The notes: generated from the sequence alone by a model not told the origin. 63,501 bases of DNA, filler included, from Pirum gemmata (GCA_002812295.1; 14 parts of 14 records of this genome joined end to end with filler, not necessarily neighbours in it); one strand, 5' to 3'; positions 40,191-54,655 are shown, counted from the first letter of the whole stretch. Numbers and translations: made by a program.

Positions 40191-42689
40191 CTATCGCTAC
40201 TATCGTATCGTAGTCAAGCTAGGATTCATATGACCGTACTAGCTAGGGCTATGGCCGTACAGTAGCTAGCTCACGAGCTAGCTAGCTAGGTAGGTATGAT
40301 ATCATACTGCTATCATACTAGTAAACGGAGGTCTAACTATCAGATATCATATTATGGTAAGCAACATGTAGCTAAGTTATAGATATGCATATCCACCACT
40401 TTAATATTATATAATATAATAATTATGATCATTTATAATAATTTATTAATAAATAATTTATGCTCGAGAATATTAAAATTAGCTTGTTCGGCTCGGGTAA
40501 ATTTATGTTTGAAAATAAAAATCTGTTCGAGATTCGTCAGATAAAAATTTCTATTAAACTCCAGTACTCCATAATCCATATATTATTGTCGTATGATTAT
40601 CATCTATAGTATTCTAATATATATAATGTTTACAATAGACTAGACTACAGTGTTATTTACAAATTTACAAGTACATAAACAGCATTGACATGCATAATTA
40701 TATAGCTATCAATATGCATATTATTTTGTTGAGCCACTATCAATGCTATCATAATTAATAGGTTGAGGCACTTTCAATGGAAACTTAGACTATCATATAT
40801 AGGAATCCAAAAGAAAAAAAAATCTTTTGAACATTGAACCTTCAAGGCATTTTCAAGTCATTTTCACGATATGATATGATAGTGATAGTACCGTACCGTA
40901 TTATAAATTCAGACTCCTTTTCTTTTCCTGGGGTCAAAGACCCCAGGAAAATTCATAGAGTCTTGTTTTTATCATACTCAGTCCTACCTGGGTCCTCTCC
41001 TGATAGCTACTAGCTCTAGCTAGAGTAGCTCCAGCCGCCAGCCAGTACTGCCAGTAGTGGAATAATATACAATAATAAATAGTACCAAATTAATATAATA
41101 TAAATCCATTTAATTTAATTTGGTATATTTTATTATCAATATATTAGTTTAAAAATGTCAATTTAAAGATTATAACTCACCGAATAAATATTCAGAGTAA
41201 CAAAATAAATGAAAAGAACGATACATTATCGTTATAATAACCGGGGGCTCTGTTGTTTTCACACTATCATAATATACAGTAATCGTTTTTGACCATATCA
41301 TAGTATCGATTTTGAATACATTGTTATATAATATTATATATGATAATAATTTTTATTAAAGAACTTACACCATAATATTATATTATGCATAATTATACTT
41401 GATAATATTTTTATAACAATAATAATAATATATATATTATAATATATGCATAATATAATCATGAGAATTACACAGTGTAGTTCTCATGATTATAATATTA
41501 CTTTTGAATCTTACTAGCTAGAGTACAGTCACTCGAAACTCACTCGAGTCAACACTATTTCGATATATCATATCAGATATATATAAGTCTTTTATTTATA
41601 TAGCCCTAGTATTTATTACCAGACTACTTTTTTTCCTTCTATGATAACTTTTATAAAATACTATTAGTAAGATTTTGGGATGTGGATTTTACAATTTTTT
41701 CCAGCATGGGTGTTAATTTTTTTTAAAAAAAAAAAAAAAAAAAAAAANNNNNNNNNNNNNNNNCTAGGTAGACACTTAGTAGTACTACTAGCCACTAGAT
41801 AGACTGGCTGCTTTGCTACTATAATATCATATTATGAATCTATGAATAGACTATGATAGCTTATAAAAATTATCAAAAAACTATCATAAGATTTATAACT
41901 CTCTAGCAATATATACATATTAATTATACTAAGCGATATAAATCATATATGATAATAATATAAAAATTTAATAGACTAAAAAGGAAAGGCTATATTGATA
42001 CGGTATATATATAGATAATAGATTTTATATTATTATAGAATTTTAATAGCAAATTTTCGGTTATTTTCGGTTATTTTCGAAAATAACCGAAAATTTGCTA
42101 TAATATAATATAAGATCTCTACATAATTATAAAAATATATATTATATAGACTGTCGACGTCTATATGAATAATATGAGTATAATAATGATACTCAAGAAC
42201 CCCACAGAAGAATCCATTCCCACGGCCACCTACTATGACCACCGAGTATGACCACCCACATATATATATACATAATTATCATATCATATATATCGTTATA
42301 TGATATTATATGTTAACTAGATGATAATATGTTATATGATATAATCTATGAGACTATATCTATCTATATCATCATAAATCTATTATTATACTGAGACTGA
42401 TACTTAAACTGGAGATAAATTTTTGGAAATTTTGTAACGAAAAAGATTTATATGAGCTATAGTATTTATATATTATATATATGCTAATATATAAAAATAT
42501 ANNNNNNNNNNNNNNNNNNNNNNNNNNNNNNNNNNNNNNNNNNNNTTAATTAATTAANNNNNNNNNNNNNNNNNNNNNNNNNNNNNNNNNNNNNNNNNNN
42601 NATTAGTATTATTATTTTATTATTATTATTATTAATTAATTAATTAATTAATTAACTAATTATTTTTTCGTTAACCGCTTTTTTAATAG

Positions 42690-43027
42690 GTGTAACGGCT
42701 TATTTAACTAAAGCAGAAGTTAAAAGAAGTCTTACTCTTTTTAAGGAAAACTTCCCAGCCGGCTCAATTATTGCCTTTGATTTATTAAAAACCGAGCTGG
42801 CAAAAAACGAGTTTTATAAAGAACAATTGAGACGAATTGGCGAAGAATGGCTGTTCAAACTAGAAAATGATGATGAACTCGAAAACTTTATTGAGATTGA
42901 TTGCGGTTTGAGAATTGTAGATAAAACCGAATCACCCGAATGTTTGAGATTATATATGCCCGAAATAAATAATAGAACTATTGGATTTTGTGAGGATTTG
43001 TTCTTTTTCATAGTTGCGGAAGTATAA
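42690..43027 (+). CDS. Last exon of a class I SAM-dependent methyltransferase (LCM/TcmP-like)
   Basis: After a TAG acceptor: (E)GVTAYLTKAEVKRSL...PAGSIIAFD...IGEEWLF, matching the LCM-family EG...YL / GS...FD / GE.W.F pattern. Confidence 0.7.
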
Positions 43028-43139
43028 ATTTTAAATTGTATAAATTAAATTATTTTGGAAAGGGGTTTTAACTTTTAGAAATAACCCTAACTCTAATATG
43101 TAGACCATTATCTAACCCTGACCCTAACCCTAACCCAAA

Positions 43140-45260
43140 AACGATTTTTATAAAGAGCAATTGAGACGAATTGACGAAGAATGGCTGTTCAAACTCAAAA
43201 GTGAGAATAAACTCGAAAACTTTATTGAAATTGGTTGCGGTTTGAAAATTGTAGATAAAACCGAATCACCCGAAAGTTTGAAATTATATATGCCTGAAAT
43301 AAATAATCGAACTATTGGATTTTCTGAGGATCTGTTCTTTTTTATAGTTGCGGAAGTATAAATTTTAAACTGTATACATTTTTAAATTATTTGGAAAGGG
43401 GGTTTAACTATTAGAAATAATCCTAACTCTATTATATAGACCATTGCTGATTAAAAATTGTAGTTAAAACCGAATCATCCAAATGTTTGAAATTATATAT
43501 GCCCGAAATAAATAATCGAACTATTGGATTTTGTGAGGATTTGTTTTTTTTTTATCGTTGCGAAAGTATAAATTTTATTGGCGAAGAATGGTGTTCAAAC
43601 TCGAAAATGATAATGAACTAGAAAACTTTATTTTAGATAAAATGGAATGAATGTTTGACATTATATATGGCCAAAATAAAAAATCGAACTATTGGATTTT
43701 GTGAGGGTTTGTTTTTTTATAGTTACGAAAGTGTAAATTTTATTGGCGAAGAATGGTGTTCAAACTCGAAAATGATAATGAACTAGAAAACTCTATTGAA
43801 GTTGATTGCGGTTTGAAATTTGTAGATAAAATCGAATCAACCGAATGTTTGAAATTGGATATGGCCAAAATAAGGAATCGAACTATTGGATTTTGTGAGG
43901 ATTTGTTTTATCGTTGCGAGAGTATAAATTTTATTGGCGAAGAATGGTGTTCAAACTCGAAAATGATAATGAACTAGAAAACTTTATTGAAGTTGATTGC
44001 GGTTTGAAGTTTGTAGATAAAACCGAATCACCCGAATGTTTGAAATTATATATGGCCAAAATAAAGAATCGAACTATTTGATTTTGTGAGGATTTGTTTT
44101 ATCGTTGCGAAAGTATAAATTTTATTGGCAAAGAATGATGTTCAAACTCGAAAATGATAATGAACTAGAAAACTTTATTGAAATTGATTGTGGTTTGAAA
44201 ACTGTAGATAAAATGGAGTGAATGTTTGAAATTATATATGGCCTAAATAAAGAATCGAACTATTGGATTTTGTGAGGATTTGTTTTTTTTATAGTTACGA
44301 AAGTATAAATTTTATTGGCGAAGAATGGTGTTCAAACTCGAAAATGATAATGAACTAGAAAACTTTATTGAAATTGATTGCGGTTCGAAAATTGTAGATA
44401 AAACCGAATCACCCGAATGTTTGAAATATGTATGCCCGAAATAAATATTCGAACTATTGAATTTTCTGAGGAGCTGTTAGTTGCAGAAGTATAAATTTCA
44501 AAACCGTATAATTTATTAAATTATTTTGGAAAGGGGTTTTAATTATAACTTTTAGAAATAACCCTGACTCTATTATGTAGACCATTATGATTTTTTTTTT
44601 TTGTATTACCTAACCCTAACCCGAAAACGATTTGTATAAAGAACAATTGAGATGAACTGGGGAAGAATGACTGTTCAAACTGGAAAATGATAATGAACTC
44701 GAAAACTTTATTGAAATTGATTGCGGTTTGAAAATTGTAGATAAAATGGAATCACCCGAAAGTTTTAAATTATATATGCCCGAAATAAATAATCGAACTA
44801 TTGGATTTTCTGAGGATCTGTTCTTTTTTATAGTTTCGGAAGTATAAATTTTAAACTGTATAAATTATTAAATTATTTTGGAAAGGGGGTTAACAGCTAA
44901 CTCTAATCTAATATATAGACCATTATTTTTTTCTATGTATTACCTAACCCTAACTCTAATCCTAACCCAAATACGATTTTTATAAAGAACAATTGACGAA
45001 TAGGCGAATAATGGCTGTTCAAACTCAAAAATTGCGGATTGAAAATTGTAGATAAAACTGGAGTAGACGATTGCGGATTGAAAATTGTATAAAACTGAAT
45101 CACCGTAATGTTTGAAATTATATATGCCCGAAATGAATAATCGAACTATTAGATTTTCTGAGGACCTGTTCTATTTTATAGTTGTGGAAGTATAAATTTT
45201 AAACTGCAAATTAAACTATTTTGGAAAGGGGGTTTAACTTTTAGAAATAACCCTAACTCT
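43140..45260 (+). repeat. Tandem degenerate copies of the methyltransferase 3' coding end (about 190-bp and about 334-bp units)
   Basis: GAAGAATGG..TTCAAACTCGAAAATGATAATGAAC..CGAACTATTGGATTTTGTGAGG recurs about 9 times with stops and indels. Confidence 0.93.
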
Positions 45261-45949
45261 GATATGCAAAGCTAGGGTTAGGGCTAAGGCTAGGGCTAGG
45301 GTTGAGGTTGGGGGTATGGATTAACAGTAACAAATTTTATTTTGAACAAATGAAATTCGACTTTTTTTTTTTTTTTAGGAACGAAAAGTTTTTTTTTTGT
45401 TATTTTATTTCAAGTATAATAATACATGAAAAATAAAAACCAAAGGAATAAATATAATAAAAGAACTTATTATATTATTATATATTATTATTTGTTTCGG
45501 TGTAAACTAAGTTAACTAATGATTGTGCTACTTTAAAGCATTATTATTGTACACAAGACTATTCCTCATTTACTATCAACGTATAGTCTTACATTTTTAG
45601 ATTTTTTGTATTTTTTTATATTAAAAAATGCAATTAAAAGAATAAAAGAATACAATAAAAACCAGTTTGTTCTCTTATTACTATTATTTTTACTATTATC
45701 GTCACTAAACTATAGTGATAGCTAGCCGATTATTTAGTTGTTTGTAATAGTTTGTAGTTGTTATTAACACTATTGTAAACAATCTCTATTAAGAAGCTAG
45801 TTATTCTTCTGAGCCTAATCCATATCGTTACTATTATTGCTATGATATTCATATATAGAATTACTATTAGTAATAGTAATTGTTACGATTATTAATTCTA
45901 ATATATTATTATTACTATTAGTAATAATAGCTAAATTTTCGCATAAAAC

Positions 45950-46718
45950 AAAACTTGCGTACCCTAGCGAGGATGGTGTTCAAATTCTTTTTCCTCTTCT
46001 TTGGCCATGCCTTTTATTATTTGCCTGTCTGGCTAAAAAGGGGGAAGAAGGTGAGAGAGACGATGTCGTCATTTTCGTTTTTTTTAAGTCGCGATAATTC
46101 CTTATCCGGTAAGTTGGGCCCCTTATGGCGACACCTTTAAATTCTCAAAGAAAACTTGCGTATCCTAGTGAGGATGGTGTGTGCCTTTTATTCTTTTTCT
46201 GTTTGCCTAAAAAGGGAGAAGAGAGTGAGAAGGGACGATGTCGTCATCTTTATTTCAGGTGTTTTTAAAACACTATTTTCCTCTTTTTTAGGTCGCGATA
46301 TTTCCTTATCCAGTAAGTTGGGACTCTTATGTTTGTTAATGGCAACACCTTTAAATTTTTCACAAAAGAAAACTTACGTATCCTAGCGAGGATGGTGTGT
46401 GCATTTTATTCTTTGTACTTTGCCTAAAAAGGAGAAAAAAGTGAGAGGGGATGATGCCGTCATCTTATGGGTTTTTTAAACACTTTTTTCTTTTTTAGGT
46501 CGCGATATTTCCTTATTCAGTAAGTCGGGCCTCTTATGTTTGTTAATGGCGACAACTTTAAATTTTCACAGAAGAAAACTTGCGTATCCTAGCGAGGATG
46601 GTGTGTGCCTTTTATTCTTTGTATTTTGCCTAAAAAGGGAGAAAAGGGTGAGGGGGGATGATGCCGTCATCTTATGGGTTTTTTAAACACTTTTTTCTTT
46701 TTTAGGTCGCGATATTTC
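45950..46718. repeat. About 200-220-bp tandem repeat, about 4 copies, relatively GC-rich
   Basis: AAAACTTGCGTATCCTAGCGAGGATGGTGT...GTCGCGATATTTCCTTAT recurs. Confidence 0.92.
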
Positions 46719-47220
46719 NNNNNNNNNNNNNNNNNNNNNNNNNNNNNNNNNNNNNNNNNNNNTTAATTAATTAANNNNNNNNNNNNNNNNNNNNNNNNNN
46801 NNNNNNNNNNNNNNNNNNATTTATGGTTTACAATTTACTTAATTGGGAAGCCGTAAATGGCTGTGGGTTGCGGAATTAGTGCCGATTCAAGGGACCATTT
46901 ACTTATAGAACTCTTATTAGAGTAAGTTCAAAAGGAACAACACATGTACAATTACTAAAAAAGAAGAAAAAAGATAGAAAGAAAGAAAAACGTGGTACTA
47001 CTGAATATTAAGTGAATTCAATTATACTATATATAATATACTATATAATATATATAATAATTCATAAAATATTTGTGGACTTGCTGAACTGCAAACATCT
47101 AATCAATGTTTGCGTGTTTTGATTAGTTAAGAAAACTATTACTTATTACTTATAAAAATGAATGGAAATGTCTACCTAGACTTAGCTAGACTACCCGGGT
47201 AGTAGCAGGTCAGGGAGGGT

Positions 47221-48890
47221 TGTTATATATTTGATAAATATATATCGATTATTGCTAAAAAAAATCAGTTAATAACAGTTAATAACAAAATTTATTTTAT
47301 ATTATTTATTAATATAAATAATTATATGGGATTTTAAATTGTTGATTTATAAATTCATTGACTTAATAAGATGTGGTTTTATATTATAAATAAGATGTGT
47401 TTTTGTATTATGAATAAGATGTGTTTTATATTATTTATTAGCATAGGCAATTATATGAAATTCTAATTTGTTGATTCAAAATCCATTATTTAATAAATAT
47501 TAAGAAGTGGTTTTATAATATTTATTAATATGGATATGAAAACAGATTTTTAATTTGTTAATTTAGAAACGAATTTATTTTCAGGAAATGGTAATATTAT
47601 TTATTCATTATTTGTTCATGGTTTAAGTTTTCCTTAACGATGACGTTCGTTTTTGATATATATATATATATAAAGAAATAATTATTGACTTATAAAAATT
47701 TAAATTTATATTTCAAATGATTTGCTAAAAAACTTATTTAGTAATTTGTGATAATAAACGAATGATTATTTTGTATATAGATCATGGTCGGGATACTATT
47801 GATCTAGATGGGGTTGAAGTTAAAAGAATTAAACTGTAGAATTGAGCGGGATGGTAAAAATATGCCATTTAGTGCTTAACCCTTAGATGGAATATTATTT
47901 TGGGAGGATGAACACAGATTGAACAGTGCTTACTGCTTTAATTAATGATTATAATATTAATACGGAGCATGACCATGATTTAGAAAAAACTCTTTACAAA
48001 ATTAAGAAAACCAGATTAGCTTTACGCAAGGCTAAACAACAACATTAACTATATATATATATATATATATATCCAAACATAGTGTGCATATTGTTTTAAT
48101 GATTAACAAATTTTCCTCTGGATAAAATTTTCTTCCGGATGAAAAATTAAAAATTTATCGTATATATGTTTTTAAAATGCCTAATGATTTAAAAAAATAA
48201 ACTTTCTCTGGAAAAAAATTTTCAAACATTAGCGTATCTTATATGTATGTTTTAAGCGCCGAATGAATAAAAATAAAAAAATTTTCAGGACAAAAATAAA
48301 ATTTTTACTTGTTTTATAAACGGAGATGTTATATATTTGATAAATATATATCGATTATTGCTAAAAAAATCAGTTAATAACAGTTAATAACAAGATTTAT
48401 TTTATATTATTTATTAATATACATAATTATATGGGATTTTAGTTTGTTGATTGATAAATTCATTAACTTAATAAATAAGATGTGGTTTTATATTATAAAT
48501 AAGATGTGGTTTTATATCATAAATAAGATGTGTTTTATATTATTTATTAATATAGGTAATTATATGAAATTCTAATTTGTTGATTCAAAATTCATTATTT
48601 AATAAATATTAAGAAGTGGTTTTATAAAATAGATTTTTTAATTTGTTAATTTAAAAACGAATTTATGTTTTATGATATGTGAAATTTCTATTCACAAAAA
48701 ATGGTAATATTATTTATTCATTATTTGTTCATGGTTAAGTTTTTCTTAACGATGACGTTCGTTTTTGATATATATATATAAAAAGAAATAATTATTGACT
48801 TATAAGAATTTAAATTTGTATTTCAAATAATTTGCTAAAAAACTTATTTAGTAATTTGTGATAATAAACGAATGATTGTTTTGTTATATT
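47221..48890. repeat. About 560-bp direct repeats (47221-47775 and 48327-48885) flanking a decayed exon-like segment
   Basis: Both copies start TGTTATATATTTGATAAATATATATCG and end GATAATAAACGAATGATT. Confidence 0.85.
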
Positions 48891-51800
48891 ATAATATTAA
48901 ACTCTTTTGTTAGTTTATATTATATTTCTAATTTAAGTAAATTTTACTTTAAAATTAGTTATTGGTTGATATTGACTGATTTCGAAAATCAATACCCGAG
49001 GTTATCCAAAGTGTTTGGTGTCAATAGATTATTGGAAGATTTTATGATATATAGTTATTAATTAATTGTTTATAATAATAATTATGATTGTTAATTATTT
49101 TTTTTTATATTATAACAATTAAGTTGTTTTTATAATTTCATTTTTTATTTTAATGATATTGGTTTTATTATATGATAAAAAAAAAGTATAAATATATTTG
49201 TTAAATTTTTGAAATTTGAAAAAATTATAATAACTAACAACAAGATTATTCATAATAATCACACAAAATACCTCAATAATATTTTACTTAATATATACTA
49301 TTACAATAATTTAAAAATATAATAAGGGTGGTTGGATTCGCTTGAGGGTTGGGTTTGGAACTGAGGTTGGGCATTATGATACTTGGTTAGGGATAGCGTG
49401 GTGGTTTTCCTCAGATTTAACACTGTTTAACATTTATAAGGAGAAATTTTATCAAGAAAAAAAGGAGGAGCAGTAGGTTACAATTATTAATATATAGTTA
49501 ATTATAGTTGCAATTTGTTGACTTGTTTCATAATACTTTGGAGGCTAGGGGTGACACATATAAAAGTCCTATAAGTAAATGACACCTGCAGCCATTTACG
49601 GTTTCCCAATTAAGTAAATTATAAACCATAAATATTAAAATAATTTGCCTTTTTTGGAACAGCCTTAGTATAGTAACTTTAAAAAGTTTATTTTGTACTA
49701 TAAATAGTAAGTCGCAGTCGCACCTGAAAATGAAAATTTCAGAGTCATATTGGAGGGGTGTCACCCTTCCTATAATACCACTAATACCATAATATATATT
49801 GTGCTTTTCATTTATTTTGTCAATCCGAATATTTATTTGGTTAGTTATAAATTACGATATTTAAATTGACTTTTTTAAATAAATAGATAATGAAATATAC
49901 CAAATTAAATGAAATGGATTTATATTGTATTAATTCGGCACTATTTATCGTATATATTATGACGACAAAACAACTGATAAGCACGATGTTGAATAATTTA
50001 TGATTAGCAATTGTATTGTTGTTTTGTTGTAGAAATATTAATATTATGTTGGTTGTTAACTTTTGTTCCTAATATTATGGCTTTATAGGCGTTGTTGTTA
50101 TAGATCTTGTTTTGAGGTGTCGTTTATGTTGTTGGGATTTAAATTTATGCTTAATTGTTTTTGATGTAAGAGAGCCAGTCTAGTACTAGTTTAGTTTTGC
50201 AAGTTTGCTTGTACTTGTGTTCAAAAAATTTTAGTTTGACTTCTGGTAGACATTCTTTGGAACAATATCAACATTGAAAATGTTGTTTCTTCGACGACCA
50301 GTGTTTGTTTGTTTTCTTTGGTTAATTCACCGATTTTGATTATTTTTTTCCATTCGTTTTGTTGATGTTGTTATCATTATAATAAAGGTTTTTGCTTTGA
50401 GGTTTTCTTCTATATTTTTTGTATACTTTTTGTTATATTCAATTGTAGATTCCAACTATTTGGTGGTGTTACTACTAGTAGTGGTTTGGACTTAGAGCAT
50501 AATATTTCTATTATTATTGTATTCATTAGTTTTTGGGGCATAGTAATAATAATATTCTATTTCGAATATATAAATTTAGTGTGTTCGAAATGTTCGAGCC
50601 GCCAGCACCATAGTTTGTTGTTGTTGTTGGTTTGTCGGGATCATCTTTTTGAAGGTGTCGGTTGTGTGGGGTTTCTACTATAAGTCATAGCTAGCTAGCC
50701 ATCGTGTTTTTCAATAAACATACCTATCAGACATGTTTTAATTAATTTGGTATTTTGTACTTATTGTTGTATTTTGTAAACAAGTTCAGTTTTACACTTA
50801 AACAGTACCAAATTAAAGATTGAAAGAAGAACTGTATTGAAATAGACGATACTAGCTACCAGTAAAAAATCTGAAGATGGAAAAATCTGAAGATGGAATT
50901 GAATCTAGAAGGGCATTTTTGTCAACTAAGGNNNNNNNNNNNNNNNNNNNNNNNNNNNNNNNNNNNNNNNNNNNNTTAATTAATTAANNNNNNNNNNNNN
51001 NNNNNNNNNNNNNNNNNNNNNNNNNNNNNNNCAATAACAATAACAATAACAATAACAATAACAATAACAATAACAAAACCAAAAACAATAACACCGATCT
51101 TCATCATGATAAGCTAGCTATAGTAGCTAGCTAGCTACTAGTAGTAGTAGGGAAGGAAGTAGTAGAGAATCTACTAGAGATACATGTCGAACGAGATACT
51201 ACTGAGTGATAAAGAAGATATTTTTTTTCTTGTAGAGCTAGCTACTACGATAGTAGCGTCTGCACCACTTAGAGAAGACTACAGACTATGTTATTATAAA
51301 TCTACTTATATTAATTAATATATCGATTAATATTTATAATAAATGTTGTATGATAAGAAAACTTGTTTGTATTAATATTATAATCATATCATTTTTTTTT
51401 TAAAATAATATGATATTTGTTATCTACCATAATTATATATCATAAACAAGACTAAATATTATTATAAATAAATAAAAAGGTAGGTGTATCCGATAACTTG
51501 TAAAGTACTTAATTAACAGTCTTGTAAAATGCTTGTAAATTAATTTTAATTAACGTAGATTTTTTCTATTTTAATAATTTTTGTTTTTAATTAATTTTAA
51601 AAACTGATTTTTACATTCGAATTAGCATACCAGGCTTGAAGATATATTAGTTATATTTACATATTGTTGGTGATATACTACAAACGATAACATCCAACAT
51701 ATAGTAACATAATATATATTAATAACATATAATTATATTATATTAATAACATAATATACTATAATATATAATATATTAATTATATATATAATCTCTATAA

Positions 51801-52129
51801 ATAACCATGTATTGAAAAGTCGAGCTATATATATTAATATAATATGTTTATATTAATACCTCTATGATGTTATTATTATTATATTTGGTCACAAAAACTA
51901 ATTTATCATAATTATAATAATGTCTAGCTATCCTAATTATAAATAATTTAAAGCAACTATCATAGTCTAAAAAGCCAAATAGGAACAAAATAGCTCGGTA
52001 TAGTGTTTTATAAATTATTAATTTTTTAAATCATTATAATTTTTTTTTAAAAAAAAACACTTAATTTTTTTCGTTTTTTAATTTTAATTAAATTATAATA
52101 AACACAATTTTATTTTACAAAAAATGAAA

Positions 52130-52536
52130 AAAAATGCTATCCCATAACAATCAGTGTCTTTTAAACATAGATTAGAACATGTTTCTAAATCACTTGAGTC
52201 AAAATTGAAAAACTCCTCGAATGATTTAGGATCACTAAAATAAAATAATTTCCCTTTAGTTTCTGAGTGTAAGTCAACCATAGTACTGTTGTCATGACAT
52301 GGATTTAGACAAGCACCTAAGATTTGTTATGTAATTCTCACTTAGGTCTCTATAATACACAGAGAATTTAACAAATTTATCGATTTCCGTTTGTTAAAAT
52401 TACAATCACCATGAGTACTATTAATAATACAATCTTTTTCCAAGGCATTCAAATTGGTTTGATTATTTGCCCTTCCCACAACCTCGAAAGAAGCATAAGA
52501 AGCACCAAAGTTATAAGGACCCGTACCACTAGTCAA
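52130..52536 (-). pseudogene. Inverted N-terminal/PAN-domain fragment related to the 53516-54655 gene
   Basis: MVDLHSETKGKL..FNFDSSDLETCSNLCLKDTDCYGIAF closely matches the + strand at 53516-53668. Confidence 0.7.
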
Positions 52537-53515
52537 AATTTATTTTGTGTTGGAAGAAATAAATTTTGTGTAGCGAGATAGGAACTTAATTGTGTAGCGA
52601 GGTAGCGAGCGAATAGTTGTAGTTTGACTATGATTAGTTCGAACATGTGAAAATTATTCTGATCAAATAATTTTCAATAGTGTTTGAAATGACATTGTAT
52701 CAAGCTCACATAAGGGTTTTTCTTATTTTTCTTGTACTACTGTTTTTGTAACAATTGACGTGATTGTCTTTAATAATAGTAATAGATTAAAATTAAAGTG
52801 TACTTGTTAATTAATAGTCTATAGAATAATTTATTTATAATAATAAGTGTAAAAATAACAGTATCTACTCACAGTATCTATGTCAAGTGTGTAACATAAT
52901 ATTATGCTGTAAATTAAATTATGTAAACAATGTGATAAGTGTGAAGCATATATAAATAAGTGTATAGGTAACCGGCCGCCTAGTGAAGGTCATAGACTCA
53001 AAGAAAGTCAAGAGATAAATAATAAGTGTACTTAAGTATTAATATAAACTGAATGTATAAATTAAATGTATGAATTTGAATGTATGAATTGAATTGAATG
53101 TAATGTTGGTTGTAGTAGAATTGTATGGTTGTAGTTGTAGTATTAATAGTTTGTGTTGTGGTATTGAATGTTGACAGTGTGGTTGTATTGATAGTATTTT
53201 AATAGTAATAGTTTGTGTTGTAGTATTGAATGTTGACAGTGTTGTTGTAATAGTAATAGTTAGTGTTGTAGTATAGAATGTCGACAGTGCTGTTGTAATA
53301 GTAATAGTTTGTGTTGTAGTATTGAATGTTGACAGTGTTGTAATAGAGCAGTAGTAGTATCGATTAATTGTGTTGTAGTATATTAAATGTAGAATAGATT
53401 GAGAATATAGATTGATTTAATGATTGTAAAAAATAATGAATAATTGAATATAGATTGGTTTAATGATTGTAAGAAATAATGAATAATTGAATATAGATTA
53501 ATTTAATGATTGCTA

Positions 53516-54655
53516 TGGTTGACTTACACCCAGAAACTAAAGGAAAATTACTTTATTTTATTAGACCTAACTTATTCGGGAATTTTTTCAATTTTGACTC
53601 AAGTGATTTAGAAACCTGTTCTAATCTATGTTTAATTAAAAGACACTGATTGTTATGGGATAGCATTCAAAAAGGGTGAGAGTTGCTTTTTATTTAAAAT
53701 GACTATGAAGTTTGGTACTAGTTTTGGTGAAGAGTTTGAAATTGTCGTTGCTAGTGACGACGATAAAGGAAAAAAAACATATGAACTTTATAGAAAAAGT
53801 GAATATTATAACTGTGATAATTATAATTCTGGATATTTCGGGGTTTATTATTTTCGTGGTGGGTTTGGGTTAGGTTGTGTAGACAAGGAAGAGGATGGAA
53901 TGCATTGTCCACTTTTTTTTAACCCTGGTTTTGAAGAAACTGATGGCTGTAAAACAGGGACTTATTGTGATTGGAAAGACAAAAAGGGTAAATTTGTTAC
54001 GTCTTGGGGAGAGAGATACAACTCACCAAATGCACCAACGTGTGTTAAAGGTAGAAGACCGGTGACTACTATTAATAATAATAATAATAATTCTGTATCT
54101 GTGAGTAGTAATACAAAAAATGTGGAAAATAATAATACGGTGACTATTAAAAATGGGGCCAATATTGACAACAGTAATATTAAAAATGATAAGAATTCTA
54201 CAAAAAATGCGGAAAATAAGAATACGGTGACTATTAAAAATGGGATCAATAATGACAACAGTACTATTAAAAATGATAATAATACTGTATCTAATAACAC
54301 CAACAATGAAAGTAAAACTGGATTGATAATTGGAGTTGTTGTAGGTGCTCTTGTAACGGTAATCATAATAGCTTGTGTTTTTGCTGCTTTGATTTATAAA
54401 ATAATGAAAAATAATGCTGATGACAAAAAAAATAAAATGCAATTTAATGGTTTGACTCCGCAGCAATGGGTTAACGAAAACAATCCTAAAAATGTAATTC
54501 ATGTTCTTAGTGATGAAGAGTATCAAATAACTAGAAGAAATGCCAATATTGGAATATTTGGTAAAAATAGCAAATCAAAACTAAATGAAGTAAACAAAGT
54601 TGAAGAATACCATTATACCGTGCCATCGAATGGTGGCGTAGAAGTGCGTAGATGA
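53516..54655 (+). CDS. Type-I membrane protein (PAN-like and Cys-rich domains, Asn-rich stalk, TM, Tyr tail); frameshifted at 53632-53639
   Basis: CSNLC..DTDCYGIAF....CFL PAN pattern lies upstream of ORF 53699. TM helix GLIIGVVVGALVTVIIIACVFAALIY. Confidence 0.75.

Noticed and set aside
40923..40951. GC hairpin as a Helitron 3' end or terminator
   Set aside because: The 13-bp stem is real, but there is no CTRR end at the expected distance and no second copy in the window.
47221..48890. LTR pair of a non-autonomous retroelement
   Set aside because: Starts with TG but has no clear CA end, TSD, PBS or PPT; treated as a local duplication.
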